A stretch of DNA of 64,000 nt from a virus (IMGVR_UViG_2926068284_000002:1-64000), one strand, 5' to 3'. Positions 47,174 to 58,060 are shown, counted from the stretch's first letter. Numbers and translations: made by a program. Notes: generated from the sequence alone by a model not told the origin.

Positions 47174-47856
47174 TGGCAGCCCGCGAGTACGTTGGCGCGG
47201 GTGGCATGCGGGTCCTGCTCGACGAGCCGCTCGACCCGATGATGGTCGCCCAGGTGTCCCGGGGGGAACTGCGCCTGGCGGAGGACGGTGACCCGCTGCT
47301 GGACCCGGACCAGGCGGTGCTGCCGCAGGTCATCCAGCATGGTGCGGACGCCCCCGTTGCCACCTGGGTCGGGAAGAACGTGCATGGGGCTGCGGAGAAG
47401 CCGGAGCCGGGCGACCACACCGGGGCGTGGGCCACCTACGCGGTACGCCTTGGGCTCCTCGCGACGAAGGCGTCCACCATGTCCCGCCAGCAACTGGTGG
47501 AGTGGGTTGACGCCGTCGAGGAGACCGACACGGGTGTCGTTGGCGACGCGGGCGAGGGCGCTCGCGGCCCGGAGCACGCGAGTGTCGACGGCCGCCCCAG
47601 CGAGGCGCGCGGCGACGTGCATTCGAAGTCGGAGCCCCGGACCTCCGAGGCGCCGGCCGGCGACGACGGTCCGGCGGCGGACCTGCCGAAGAAGCCTGCG
47701 GCGAACGCGAAGGTCGACACCTGGCGGGAGTACGCCATCGCCTTGGGCATGGACCCGGATGAGGCGAAGGACGCCACCAAGCAGGAGTGCCAGGACTACG
47801 CCCAGGTCGTCGAGGACGCCCGCGAGGACAGTGCCCAGACCGAGGGCCAGGAGTAG
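47173..47856 (+). CDS. Hypothetical virion-region protein
   Basis: Two internal W..YA..LG repeats. Confidence 0.6.
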   Translation: MAAREYVGAGGMRVLLDEPLDPMMVAQVSRGELRLAEDGDPLLDPDQAVLPQVIQHGADAPVATWVGKNVHGAAEKPEPGDHTGAWATYAVRLGLLATKASTMSRQQLVEWVDAVEETDTGVVGDAGEGARGPEHASVDGRPSEARGDVHSKSEPRTSEAPAGDDGPAADLPKKPAANAKVDTWREYAIALGMDPDEAKDATKQECQDYAQVVEDAREDSAQTEGQE

Positions 47857-47859
47857 CCG

Positions 47860-48231
47860 GTGCCCTACGCGACCGTCCCCGACCTTGCCGCGTGGCTGGC
47901 CCCCGAGCCGGCCCCGCCGAATGCTGTGCGCCTGCTGACTCTGGCGTCGCAGCGGGTCGACCGTGCCCTTCTGGGGGCGTGGTACGACCCTGCTGACGCC
48001 GAGGTTGTGGAGGTGTTGCGGCAGGCGGCGGTCCAGCAGGTGCATTGGATGCTGGAGCGGGGTGACGAGACTGAGGCCCAGTCGGACTTGCAGTCGATGT
48101 CGACGGGGATCAGGTCGTTCTCGAAGCGGGCGCTGCGGGACGGCGAGCAGACGCAGAAGCTTGCCGCGTCGGTGGTGGATCTGCTGCGCACCTGTGGTCT
48201 GTTTCGGTTCGATCCGCTGGTGGTGGGCTGA
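47860..48231 (+). CDS. Head-tail adaptor
   Basis: YATVPDL...LLTLASQRVD; position. Confidence 0.7.
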   Translation: MPYATVPDLAAWLAPEPAPPNAVRLLTLASQRVDRALLGAWYDPADAEVVEVLRQAAVQQVHWMLERGDETEAQSDLQSMSTGIRSFSKRALRDGEQTQKLAASVVDLLRTCGLFRFDPLVVG

Positions 48232-48569
48232 TGCCGGGCCACATCGGACGCCAAACCGTGGTGCTCGTCGATGCGCCGCTGGTCGCCGGGGACTACAACA
48301 CCGTGGTTCGGGACTGGGCGCACGCCACCCGCACACCGGTGTACGGGTGCACCGTCGACTACGCGTCGTCCACGGAGTCGAAGGAAGCCAAGGACCAGAC
48401 GGTCACCGCAGCGCAACTGTGCATGCCTCGCCGCGCGCCATGGGTGTCGGAGTGGCAGCGCGTTGAGTGGGACGGCCGTACCTGGGAGGTCGACGGGGTT
48501 CCGCTGGATGTTCAGGAGGCTGGTCCGCTGTCGGGGCAGACGGTGCGCCTGCTGGAGGTGGCGGGATGA
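48231..48569 (+). CDS. Head-tail stopper
   Basis: RVEWDGRTWEVDG.P; position. Confidence 0.7.
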   Translation: MPGHIGRQTVVLVDAPLVAGDYNTVVRDWAHATRTPVYGCTVDYASSTESKEAKDQTVTAAQLCMPRRAPWVSEWQRVEWDGRTWEVDGVPLDVQEAGPLSGQTVRLLEVAG

Positions 48570-48901
48570 GCCGCATCCGTATCGACCTCGATGAGGACGC
48601 CATTGCCGACCTGGTCCACGACCCGGCGGTCCGGGCCGACATGGCGGCCCGTGCGGACGCAGTGGTCGCCGCGGCAAAGCTGTCCGCCCCGGTCGACACC
48701 GGCCTGTACCGGGACACCATCCACCGCGTCGACCTTCCCGACCCGGATACGGGGGCGGTGCATGTGGATGCCCCGGTCCACTACGCGGTCTACGTGGAGT
48801 ACGGCACCCGGCAGACCGACCGTAACGGCCGCCGTATTCATCTGCCTCAGCACGTGCTGGGCAACGCTCTCGACGCCGCAGGAGGCAACCACCATGTCTG
48901 A
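48566..48901 (+). CDS. HK97 gp10-like neck protein
   Basis: APVDTGLYRDTI...YAVYVEYGT. Confidence 0.8.
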   Translation: MSRIRIDLDEDAIADLVHDPAVRADMAARADAVVAAAKLSAPVDTGLYRDTIHRVDLPDPDTGAVHVDAPVHYAVYVEYGTRQTDRNGRRIHLPQHVLGNALDAAGGNHHV

Positions 48902-49097
48902 CGCCGTGAAGATGAAGCTCACGTTCTGGCGTGGCGACAAGAAGCCCGGCGACACCGTCGACGTCCCCGCCGACGAGGTCCACCGCTGGAAGGGCTTCGC
49001 CGAAGTCGTCGACAAGAAGGGCGACGACGCCGCCAAGACCGCCGGGGAGAAGAACCCCACGACCGGCAACGTGCCGCAGAAGGCCGCAGGCAAGTAG
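48894..49097 (+). CDS. Small virion-region protein
   Basis: AGGAGG RBS. Confidence 0.55.
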   Translation: MSDAVKMKLTFWRGDKKPGDTVDVPADEVHRWKGFAEVVDKKGDDAAKTAGEKNPTTGNVPQKAAGK

Positions 49098-49099
49098 CC

Positions 49100-49528
49100 A
49101 TGGCCGCACTGGTCCTGCCCGACGCCAAGCAGATCGCCGTCGACCTGCTCGCCGCCGCCATGCCCGGCGTGCGGGTGGCCTCGAAGCTCCCCGAGGGCAA
49201 GGCGTTCGACGCCGCGCTCCCGCTCGTCAGAGTGCTCCGTGTCGGCGGGACCAGCGACATGCGCGGCTGGTCCGACCCTGCCACGCGGGACCGGCCCCGG
49301 TTCTCCGTCGACTGCTACGACACCACCGAAGGCGCGGCTATGCGCCTCGCGCTGCGCGTGCGGGCCGAGTGGGAACTGCTGCCGGGCCGGCCCACCGCTG
49401 ACGGGATCGTCGCCGGGATCTCCGAGGAGACCGGCCCGCAAGACCGACCAGAAGAGCCCAACACCGGCATCAGCCGTGTCGGCATGATCCTGGGGATGAG
49501 CGTCCGCCCACCCCTCCCGAACAGCTAG
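49100..49528 (+). CDS. Tail terminator
   Basis: LVRVLRVGG..DRPRFSVDCY; precedes the tail tube gene. Confidence 0.72.
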   Translation: MAALVLPDAKQIAVDLLAAAMPGVRVASKLPEGKAFDAALPLVRVLRVGGTSDMRGWSDPATRDRPRFSVDCYDTTEGAAMRLALRVRAEWELLPGRPTADGIVAGISEETGPQDRPEEPNTGISRVGMILGMSVRPPLPNS

Positions 49529-49538
49529 GAGGCCCGTC

Positions 49539-50129
49539 GTGGGCGACTCGACCAACATCATCGTGGCCACAGCGGGCAAGGCGTATGCGGCCCCCGTCGG
49601 CAGCACGTTCCCCCTCGGCCCCGAACTCGCCTGGGGCACCGACTTCGTCGACATGGGCTTCATCACCCCGGACGGCCTGGAGGAGGCCATGGCGGAGGAG
49701 CGCACCCAGCTCGACGCCTGGGGCGAAGACGCCCCCGTCGTCGACCTCGCGAAGAAGCGCACCCAGACGTTCAAGCTCACGTTCCGGGAGACCACCGCCC
49801 AGCTGCTGTCCCTGTACTACCAGGTGCAGATGTCGAAGATGACGAGCACCCCGGCGGCGGTGGGTCCGCCGGCGAAGAAGCAGTTCATCAGCTTCGGGTC
49901 CGGCAGCACGCAGGACACGGTGGAGATCGCCCTCGGCCTGGACGTCATCTACGGCGGCAAGCGCCACCGCATCATGATCGCCCGCTGCGGCGTGTCCGAC
50001 CGTGGCGCCCGCAAGCACTCGGCGGAAGACAGCTCCAACTACGAGCTGACCTTCACCGCGCTCAGCGCCCCGGGTGGCGCCCAGTCCGTCCAGCACATGA
50101 TCACCGACGTGGCGCTCCCCGAGGACTAA
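49539..50129 (+). CDS. Major tail (tube) protein
   Basis: AYAAPVGS, DMGFITPDG, AWG, YELTFTAL. Confidence 0.85.
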   Translation: MGDSTNIIVATAGKAYAAPVGSTFPLGPELAWGTDFVDMGFITPDGLEEAMAEERTQLDAWGEDAPVVDLAKKRTQTFKLTFRETTAQLLSLYYQVQMSKMTSTPAAVGPPAKKQFISFGSGSTQDTVEIALGLDVIYGGKRHRIMIARCGVSDRGARKHSAEDSSNYELTFTALSAPGGAQSVQHMITDVALPED

Positions 50130-50233
50130 CCCCCCGACTGGTGGTCCGTCGCGCTCCAACCCTGGGCGGGGGCGGCACGACGGGCCACCTGCAAGCCCCC
50201 GCCCCGCCCCTGCCCAAGTAAGGAACCCACACC

Positions 50234-50647
50234 ATGTCCAAGCCCAACCGCAAGGTCATCCGGCTGCAGCAGATGCGCGCCCAGCGCGCCTCCGCCGCCA
50301 AGGTCCAGTTCCTCGACGTCGTCTTCGAGAACGCCGACGGCATCGAGGAGACCTGCAGCTTCCCCGTGCAGGACAACTGGCCCCTGGAGGTCATCGAAGA
50401 GGTTGAGGAGAAGGGCGGCAACGCCAACCTCAACGTCCTCCGAGAGATCGCCCGACCCAAGGACGCCTTCGACCGGCTGGTGTCCGTCGCCAAGCTCACC
50501 GTAGGCGAACTCAAGGACATCCTCGACGAGATGGACGGGGAGGCAGGCACCACCCAGGGGGAAGACTCTGGCTCCTCCAGCTCCTCCGAGAGCATCCAGG
50601 AGCCGTCCGCGCCGACCTCCAGCGGTACTACCCAGGCCGCCGCATAG
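50234..50647 (+). CDS. Tail assembly chaperone (gpG-like)
   Basis: Between tail tube and tape measure genes; GGGGGAA slippery site at 50557. Confidence 0.8.
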   Translation: MSKPNRKVIRLQQMRAQRASAAKVQFLDVVFENADGIEETCSFPVQDNWPLEVIEEVEEKGGNANLNVLREIARPKDAFDRLVSVAKLTVGELKDILDEMDGEAGTTQGEDSGSSSSSESIQEPSAPTSSGTTQAAA

Positions 50648-51051
50648 AGGAGGTCTGGGCCATGTCCTGGGGGGAGGGGTCCATGACCTGGGCGGAACTC
50701 CGGGACCTGGTCGAGCACCTGCCGGAGGACTCCGCGACGAAGGCCGCCACCGCCGGGGACTTGGACGGGCGCCGGTGGACACAGGGCACCTACCTGCAAG
50801 CCGCCCAGTACAACGCCCTCCTCCTCATGATCCGGGTCCTGTGGGCCGCCCACCTCAAAGGCGACCCGCCGGACATGCCGCCGGTCGAGTCCCCGGCCAC
50901 AGCGGTTGACGAGCGGCAAGCCGAACTCGAAGCCGCCGGGACGGCCTACTCCGAGGCAGTCCTCAACCAGTTCTCACCCGGCGCCCAGGCCGATCAAGCG
51001 GAGATCGACCACTGGGCCAGCAAGCTCCGCGAACTCGAAGCAGCACCGTAG
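50557..51051 (+). CDS. Tail assembly chaperone gpGT extension via -1 frameshift
   Basis: The -1 frame is open from the slippery site (GRLWLLQLLREHPGAVRADLQRYY...) into ORF 50662..51051. Confidence 0.78.
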   Translation, partial: GGRLWLLQLLREHPGAVRADLQRYYPGRRIEEVWAMSWGEGSMTWAELRDLVEHLPEDSATKAATAGDLDGRRWTQGTYLQAAQYNALLLMIRVLWAAHLKGDPPDMPPVESPATAVDERQAELEAAGTAYSEAVLNQFSPGAQADQAEIDHWASKLRELEAAP

Positions 51052-51065
51052 GAGGGGAGGGCAGC

Positions 51066-54000
51066 ATGGCCGAGCCGACACTCGTCGGGTCCACCCGGGT
51101 CTCCGTCATCCCAGACACGACCCAGTTCGGCGACCGGCTCCGTGTCGAGCTGCCCTCCGCGATCCGCCAGCCCGCCAAGCTCGCCGGCGAAGTCGCTGGT
51201 GACCAGATCCTCGACGGGATCCGCCGGAAGCTCGCCGCCGCCACCCCCACCGTGCGAGTTGGTGTTGACCTCCTGACGACGGTGGCCGAGGCCAAGCTCA
51301 CCAAGCTCACCAAGGCGCGCACCCTCAAGGTGACCGCCGAGCTCGACGACAAGGCCGCCACCACCGCCCTGACCCGCCTCACCCGCGACCGCACGGTCAA
51401 GGTCCGGGCCGAGCTCGACGACACCGCCGCCCGAACCGCACTCGGCAAACTCACCGACCAGCGGACCGTCAAAGTCACCGCACAGCTCGACGACACCGCG
51501 GCGAAGGCGGCACTCGGGAAGCTGACCGCCGACCGCACCATCAGGCTCACCGCCCGCGTCGACAGCACCGCAGCCGAGCTGGCGTTGGGGAAGCTGACCC
51601 GGGACAGTGCCGTCGACATCACCGTCTCCGCGAAGATCAACGATGCGGCGTACAAGCGAGTTGAGAGAGCCCTCGACAAGTTGACCGCCGACCGGTTCGT
51701 CCAGCTCCGGGCCACCCTCGACACCAGGGTTGCCGCGAACGAACTCCGTGGCCTCACCCAGCGTCAGCGTGTCCGTCTCGGTGTCGACGTTGACACCCGG
51801 GTCGCCGCGAACGACTTGGCCAACCTCACCCGGCGGCGCACTGCCCGCATCGCCGCTCACGCCGACACCGCCGCAGCGAACACGGCGCTCAACCACGCCG
51901 CGCGCGACCGCACCGTCAACATCCGCACCCGCATTCTCGGGCTCGCCGGAATCACCAACGCTCTTGGAGGCTTCGGTGGGAGCGGCGGCAACGCCGCCGC
52001 TCAGGCAGGCATCCTCTCCGGGCGCATAGCAAAGATTGCCGCTGCGGCGTTCCTGGCCACACCACAGCTCTCCGCGATGGGGTCAGCGGTCGGGCAGCTC
52101 GGGCCGCTCGCCGCCGTCGCAGCCCCCGGCGTCCTCACTCTCGCCACGGCCTTCGGCGCCATCAAACTGGGCACATCGGGGGTCGGCGACGCCATCAAGG
52201 CTGCTCTCAACCCCGCCCCCGCCGAAGCGAAGGCTGCGGTCACTGCGACCCGGCAGGTCGAAACCGCCCAGCGGTCCCTCGCCAACGCGCAGCGCGGTGT
52301 TGCCGACGCTGAGCGCAACCTGTCCCAAGCCCAACGTGCCGCCCGGCAAGCCCAAGCGGACCTGTCCGCCGCCCGACGGCAGGCCATCCGCGACCTAGAG
52401 GACATGAACCAGCGGCTCCGCCAAGGTGCCCTGGACCAGAAGCAGGCTGCGCTCGACATCGAGCAAGCCGAACTCGACCTCGCCAAGACCCGCTCCGACC
52501 CCACCGCCACCCAACTCCAGATCCAGCAGGCCAACCTTGCGGTAGAGCGGGCACGGGCGGCGGCCGAGGAGCAGTCGAGGCAGCAGAAACGCCTCCAGGT
52601 CGACACGGCCGCGGCGAACAAGGCCGGCGTGTCGGGCTCGGACGCGGTGGTGCAGGCGCAAGAACGAATCCGGGCGGCGAACGAGCAGGTCGCCGAGCAG
52701 CAGCGCGGCCTGGCCGACGCCCACCAGGCAGTCGCCGACGCCACTAGGGCTGTTGCCGACGCCCAGCAGAGCGCAGCCACGCAGACCACCAAGCTCGACA
52801 CCGCCATCTCGAAGCTCAGCCCCAACGCCCGCAGCTTCGTCAACATCCTCAAAGAGATGGCCCCCGCTTGGCGGGCGATGAAGCTCGACGTCCAGGACGC
52901 CCTGTTCGACGGGCTCGGCACCCGCCTTCAGACTGTCGGCACCCGCATCCTGCCCGCCGTTCGGGCCGGATTCGTCGGGGCTGCCAGCGAGCTTGGCGCC
53001 ATGGGGCGGAACGCGCTCACTGCCGTCGGCAACCTGGAGAAGTCCGGGCAGCTTAAGGGCACGTTCGATGTCATCCGTAACGGGCTCGGCAACATCAACA
53101 AGATCCCTGGCCAGATCGTCACCGGCCTGTCCCAGCTCACCATCGCCGCAGGGCCCGCCTGGGACCGCATCACGGGCGGCGCCGGCGAAGCCATGGACCG
53201 GGCCATGGACAAGCTCGCCAAGGGCCTGGAGAACGGGCGCCTCGAAGAGGCCATCAACACCGCCCTCGACGTCGCGGTCCAGTTCGGGGGAGTCCTGGCG
53301 GACCTGGGTGGCATCATCAAGAACGTCTTCGGGGCGGCGGCCGACGGGGGCGGCGACTTCTTTGCCGTCTTCGGGGCGGCGCTGGAGGAGATTCGCCGGG
53401 TCACCGCACTGCCGGAGATTCAGGCAGCACTCAAGGCGATCTTCGGGGCTGTGCAGGCTATCGCCGGACTCATCGCCGGAACGCTCGGTGCGGTCCTCCA
53501 GGCGGTCCTGCCGCTCCTCGCGGCCCTGGCCCCGACGATCACCGCCCTGGCCAAGGCGCTTGGCCCCGTCCTGGCCCAGCTCGCCCAGACTCTCGGCGAA
53601 GCACTCATGCCGATCATCACGGCCCTGCTGCCCGTCATCGACATGATCGGCCAAGGGCTCATCGCGGTAGTCACCGCCCTGATGCCGCTGCTCAAGCCCA
53701 TCGGCGACCTGCTCACGGCGATCATCACCGCGCTCGCCCCCGTGCTGGCGGTCATTGCTGAGGTGATCGTCGAAGTCGTGGGTGCGCTCGTCGGCCCGCT
53801 GACGTCGGTCATCACGTCGCTGATTCCCATTGTGGAGCTGATCGGCGGTCTGATCGGCGACGTCCTCATGGCGCTGATGCCTGCCATCACTCCGCTGATC
53901 GCGCTCGTCGGCCAACTGGCGGCAACCTTCGCCGGGGTGTTCGTCCAGGCTATTCAGGCGCTCATGCCCGCGATCATGCCGCTGGTGCCGGTGATCGTGC

Positions 54001-57000
54001 AGATCGTCACGATCCTCGCCCAGCTCCTCACCGCGGTGCTGACGCCCCTCGCTCCGATCATCACCCAGTTCGCCGGCCTGTTCGGGCAGCTTCTGACGGT
54101 GGCGATTGGGGCCCTCGCCCCCATCATCAAGATCGTCGCCGACACGTTCGCACAGTTGTTGCCCGCGTTGCAGCCCTTGTTCCCGATCATCGGGCAGCTG
54201 GTGGGCGCCGTCGGACAACTCCTTGCCCCGCTCCTCGGCTTGGTGACGCTCGCCCTGCGCCCCCTCCTGGCAGTCGTCGGGTTTGTCGCCGGGCTCCTCG
54301 TCAAGGGCCTCGGGGCCGCACTGGCGTTCCTCATCCCGATCGTCGTGAAGGTGCTGGGGTGGATCGCACAGCTCGCCACGATCGTAGGGAAGGTCGTCAA
54401 GGGCATCGTCGCCGGGTTCAAGTGGCTGTTCGACGTCCTCCTCGGCCACAGCATCATCCCCGACATCGCACGCGGCGCAGTGCGATGGTTCACCGACCTC
54501 AAGGACAAAGCACTCCGGATCTTCACGTGGGTCAAGGACGGGATCCGCGACAAATGGGCCGAGCTCTGGGGGAACGTCAAGCGCACCGCCACCGCCGCCT
54601 GGGCCCTGGTCCGTCGGGGCTTCGACACCTTCGCCGAAGGGCTCACAAGCGCATTCGACGGAGTGAAGAGAGGCATCGGAAAGATCTGGGACGGGCTCAA
54701 AGCCCTCGTCAAAGCCCCCATCAAGTTCTGGATCGACGTCGTCTACAACAGAGGCATCGTCTCCGTCTGGAACAAGACCGCAGCGAAAATCCCCGGTGTC
54801 CCCGACCTCAAGCCGATGAGCATGCCAAAGGGCTTCGCCCGCGGCGGGATCCTCCCCGGCCAGTCGTCGTGGCGGCAGGGCGACGACCAGCTGGTGCCCA
54901 TGCGCCGCGGCGAGGGCGTGTACGTCTCCGAGGCGATGCGCGACCCGTATGAGCGGGCCCGGCTCCACGCCGTCAACCAAGCCGCCATGCGCGGCCAGTC
55001 CCTCCGCCAGTTCCGTGGGTTCGCGGAGGGCGGCATCTTCGACGGCATCACCAACGCCGTCGGCAGCGTCCTCTCCAAGGGCGCCGATGTTGCTCGGGGT
55101 GGTCTCGCCGACCTGGCCGAGTCCGCGTTCTCCCCGGTGAAGAAGGGCATCATCAAAGCCCTGGGGAAGAACAAGTCCGGCTGGCCCGGCATGATCGCCC
55201 AAGCCCCGATCGGGCTGATCGACAAGGCCATCAACTACATTCGCGGCAAGGACATCGTCGAGGGCACCGGGCAGTGGCTCAAGCCCGTTTCGGCCCCCTA
55301 CGGCACCCCGTTCGGTAAGCCGGGGCTGATGTGGTCCAGCGGCCGGCACACCGGTCTCGACTTCCCGGCGAAGACTGGCACGCCGATCCGGGCGGTGGAC
55401 TCCGGGGTCATCCGGCAGGCGGTCGACTCTGGGCCTTACGGCAAGCACATCGAGATCAACCACGGCAGCGGATTGTCGTCCCTGTACGCCCACATGTCGG
55501 CCATGCTCGCGAAGGCGTCGGACACGGTGAAGCGCGGCCAGCAGATCGGCCGTGTCGGAGCCACCGGCAACACCACCGGCCCCCACCTCCACCTCGAAGC
55601 CCGCATCAACGGCAAGACCGTCGACCCCATGCGGTACCTCGACGGAGGCGAGGGTGGCAGTGGCGGTGCTGGGGTGGAGCGGTTCCGGGGTGTCGTCACC
55701 CAGGCCCTCGGGCAGGTCGGCCAGTCGCTGTCCCTCGTGAACACGACGCTCCGCCGCATGAACCAGGAGAGCGGCGGCAACCCTCGGGCCGTCAACCGCA
55801 ACGACATCAACTGGATCAACGGCACGCCCAGCGTCGGGCTCATGCAGGTCATCGAGCCGACGTTCAACGCCTACGCCGGGAAGTACCGTAAGACCGGACC
55901 CAAAATGTACGGGGTCAGCGTCGACCCGATGGCGAACATCTACGCCTCCATGCGGTACGCCCTGTCCCGCTACGGCTCCCTGTCCAGGGCGTACAACCGG
56001 CCCGGCGGATACGCCCTCGGCGGCATCGTCGGCGGCGGGATACAGATCAACACCGGGCTCCGCCGCGGCCCCGGGTACGCCACCGGCGGCATCATCCGAG
56101 TCGGCGGCAAGAGCATCGACACCGGCCCCATCGCAGCGTCAGTCGGCGCGAACTTCCTCAAGTCCCTCGCCGGAACAGCGTCCGCGATCGACAAGGCCAT
56201 GACCACCGTGGCCACCGCGGTGAAGAACGCGTTCAAGGGCGTCAAGACGACCCTCGACGACCGACTCATCAAGAACCTCAACGCCCAGAACAAGACCCTC
56301 CAGAAGCTCGCCGGGCAGCGAGACGCCCTCACCGCGAAGATCGCCCAGGCCAAGGCGTTCGCCGCCGAAACCACCGCGAACGCCAGCAACTTCACCGCCC
56401 TCACCAGCCTCCCGAACTCGGGTCTCCCGTTCGGTGCGGACGGCATCCTGTCCGGCCTGCAGGTACGCCTCGGCCAGCTCCAGTCCTTCTCGGCGAATCT
56501 GGCGACCCTCGGCAAGCGGGGCCTGTCGAAGGAATTCCTCGGGCAGCTCATCGCCGCCGGCCCGGACCAGGGCGCGCCCTACGCCGCGGCCCTGGTGAAG
56601 GCGACCGACGCCCAACTCAAGTCGATCAATGCCACTCAGGTGCAGATCGGGAAGGCCGCTACCGCCTACGGGCAGTCCGCCGCCGACGTCATGTACGACG
56701 CCGGGGCGATGTCGGGGAAGGGGTACCTGGCCGGACTGAAGGCGCAGGAGTCGGCGATCGTGAAGGCGATGGCGGACCTGGCGAAGAAGATCCAGAAGAC
56801 CATCAAGGTCGAACTGCGCATCAAGTCCCCGTCGCAGGTGCTGCGAGCCCTGGGCCGGTTTACCGGGCTCGGCTATGTGGGCGGCGTCCGCGAGACCATC
56901 CCGCAGGCCGCAGCAGCCGCCGTCTCCATGGCCCGCACCGTCCGGTCCGCCGCCGCAGCCACCATGGCCCGCACCGAGGTCAGCACCGTCAACAACACCG

Positions 57001-57122
57001 CCGGTGACCGGATCTTGAACTACCACGCACGGACAACCGAGGTGGCCTCCAGGCGGAGCATCCTTGACGCGCTTGACGCCCAGGACTTGCTCCACCGCCC
57101 CGTCATGAGCGGAGCCAACTGA
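51066..57122 (+). CDS. Tape measure protein with M23 peptidase and SLT lytic transglycosylase domains
   Basis: 2018 aa, helical repeats; HTGLDF..YAHM..GPHLHLE (M23); QESGGNPRAVN..GLMQV (SLT). Confidence 0.92.
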   Translation: MAEPTLVGSTRVSVIPDTTQFGDRLRVELPSAIRQPAKLAGEVAGDQILDGIRRKLAAATPTVRVGVDLLTTVAEAKLTKLTKARTLKVTAELDDKAATTALTRLTRDRTVKVRAELDDTAARTALGKLTDQRTVKVTAQLDDTAAKAALGKLTADRTIRLTARVDSTAAELALGKLTRDSAVDITVSAKINDAAYKRVERALDKLTADRFVQLRATLDTRVAANELRGLTQRQRVRLGVDVDTRVAANDLANLTRRRTARIAAHADTAAANTALNHAARDRTVNIRTRILGLAGITNALGGFGGSGGNAAAQAGILSGRIAKIAAAAFLATPQLSAMGSAVGQLGPLAAVAAPGVLTLATAFGAIKLGTSGVGDAIKAALNPAPAEAKAAVTATRQVETAQRSLANAQRGVADAERNLSQAQRAARQAQADLSAARRQAIRDLEDMNQRLRQGALDQKQAALDIEQAELDLAKTRSDPTATQLQIQQANLAVERARAAAEEQSRQQKRLQVDTAAANKAGVSGSDAVVQAQERIRAANEQVAEQQRGLADAHQAVADATRAVADAQQSAATQTTKLDTAISKLSPNARSFVNILKEMAPAWRAMKLDVQDALFDGLGTRLQTVGTRILPAVRAGFVGAASELGAMGRNALTAVGNLEKSGQLKGTFDVIRNGLGNINKIPGQIVTGLSQLTIAAGPAWDRITGGAGEAMDRAMDKLAKGLENGRLEEAINTALDVAVQFGGVLADLGGIIKNVFGAAADGGGDFFAVFGAALEEIRRVTALPEIQAALKAIFGAVQAIAGLIAGTLGAVLQAVLPLLAALAPTITALAKALGPVLAQLAQTLGEALMPIITALLPVIDMIGQGLIAVVTALMPLLKPIGDLLTAIITALAPVLAVIAEVIVEVVGALVGPLTSVITSLIPIVELIGGLIGDVLMALMPAITPLIALVGQLAATFAGVFVQAIQALMPAIMPLVPVIVQIVTILAQLLTAVLTPLAPIITQFAGLFGQLLTVAIGALAPIIKIVADTFAQLLPALQPLFPIIGQLVGAVGQLLAPLLGLVTLALRPLLAVVGFVAGLLVKGLGAALAFLIPIVVKVLGWIAQLATIVGKVVKGIVAGFKWLFDVLLGHSIIPDIARGAVRWFTDLKDKALRIFTWVKDGIRDKWAELWGNVKRTATAAWALVRRGFDTFAEGLTSAFDGVKRGIGKIWDGLKALVKAPIKFWIDVVYNRGIVSVWNKTAAKIPGVPDLKPMSMPKGFARGGILPGQSSWRQGDDQLVPMRRGEGVYVSEAMRDPYERARLHAVNQAAMRGQSLRQFRGFAEGGIFDGITNAVGSVLSKGADVARGGLADLAESAFSPVKKGIIKALGKNKSGWPGMIAQAPIGLIDKAINYIRGKDIVEGTGQWLKPVSAPYGTPFGKPGLMWSSGRHTGLDFPAKTGTPIRAVDSGVIRQAVDSGPYGKHIEINHGSGLSSLYAHMSAMLAKASDTVKRGQQIGRVGATGNTTGPHLHLEARINGKTVDPMRYLDGGEGGSGGAGVERFRGVVTQALGQVGQSLSLVNTTLRRMNQESGGNPRAVNRNDINWINGTPSVGLMQVIEPTFNAYAGKYRKTGPKMYGVSVDPMANIYASMRYALSRYGSLSRAYNRPGGYALGGIVGGGIQINTGLRRGPGYATGGIIRVGGKSIDTGPIAASVGANFLKSLAGTASAIDKAMTTVATAVKNAFKGVKTTLDDRLIKNLNAQNKTLQKLAGQRDALTAKIAQAKAFAAETTANASNFTALTSLPNSGLPFGADGILSGLQVRLGQLQSFSANLATLGKRGLSKEFLGQLIAAGPDQGAPYAAALVKATDAQLKSINATQVQIGKAATAYGQSAADVMYDAGAMSGKGYLAGLKAQESAIVKAMADLAKKIQKTIKVELRIKSPSQVLRALGRFTGLGYVGGVRETIPQAAAAAVSMARTVRSAAAATMARTEVSTVNNTAGDRILNYHARTTEVASRRSILDALDAQDLLHRPVMSGAN

Positions 57123-58060
57123 TGCCGATCCTGGTCGCCTCATCAACTCCGCCGCAGGAGCAGCCGCCGTGGGAGTGGCCGCCGCGTCTCATCGAGATGC
57201 CCCTGGTGTCCTTCACCGACCCGGCGGGGGTGACGACGCTCCTCACAGACTGGGAGCACGGCTGGGTGGTGCAGCCCGGCATCAAGGGCCTCGACATGCC
57301 CGACTACGCCATGGCCACCGACGAATCCCCTGGGATCGACGGCTACGAGGTGCGCCAGGTCCGCGCCCAAGGCAAGACGATCACTCTGCCGGTCGCGTTC
57401 TGGGCCAACGACAGCAGGGCCGCCTACCTGGCCCGCCGGCGCACGTTCATCCGCGCCCTCAATCCCAAGCGCGGGCAGGGCACCCTGACCCTGACCCAGC
57501 CGGACGGAAGCACCCGCAGCATCGGCGTCCGCTACCAGGACGGCATGGAAGGCGACGAGTCCCTCGACGCCGCGGGCGCCCGGTGGTGCATCGCGGTGAT
57601 CACCTTCGCCGCCCCGTCCCCGTACTGGACCGGGGGAGAGGTCACCACCGAATGGAAGAACGGCACGGGCGGCGACTTCTTCCCGTTCCTACCGCTGACC
57701 GTGGGCGACTCGCAGGTGCTGGGGTCGGTCACCGTCGACAACGACGGCGACGACGACGCCCTCCCCGTGTGGACGATCACCGGACCGGCCACCTCGATCA
57801 CCCTCACCAACACGACGACCGGGCAGACCCTCGCCCTGACCCGCACCATCACCGGCACGGACACCATCGTCATCGACACCCGCGAACGCCAGCAGACCGC
57901 GCTCCTCAACGGGGTCACGAACCTGTGGCCCAACCTCTCCGACGCCTCCTCCTTGTGGGCGCTGGAGACCGGCGTCAACGACCTCACCCTGACCGTGGCT
58001 GGCTCCACGTCGGCCACCTCGGTCCGCATGACGTACCAGCCCCGCTACCTGGCCGCCTGA
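57122..58060 (+). CDS. Distal tail (Dit) protein
   Basis: Follows the tape measure gene; APSPYW, NDGD..P.WTITGP, L.TGVN. Confidence 0.8.
   Translation: MPILVASSTPPQEQPPWEWPPRLIEMPLVSFTDPAGVTTLLTDWEHGWVVQPGIKGLDMPDYAMATDESPGIDGYEVRQVRAQGKTITLPVAFWANDSRAAYLARRRTFIRALNPKRGQGTLTLTQPDGSTRSIGVRYQDGMEGDESLDAAGARWCIAVITFAAPSPYWTGGEVTTEWKNGTGGDFFPFLPLTVGDSQVLGSVTVDNDGDDDALPVWTITGPATSITLTNTTTGQTLALTRTITGTDTIVIDTRERQQTALLNGVTNLWPNLSDASSLWALETGVNDLTLTVAGSTSATSVRMTYQPRYLAA

Noticed and set aside
51320-51920. 72-bp (24-aa) tandem repeats
   Set aside because: Ordinary tape measure helical repeats
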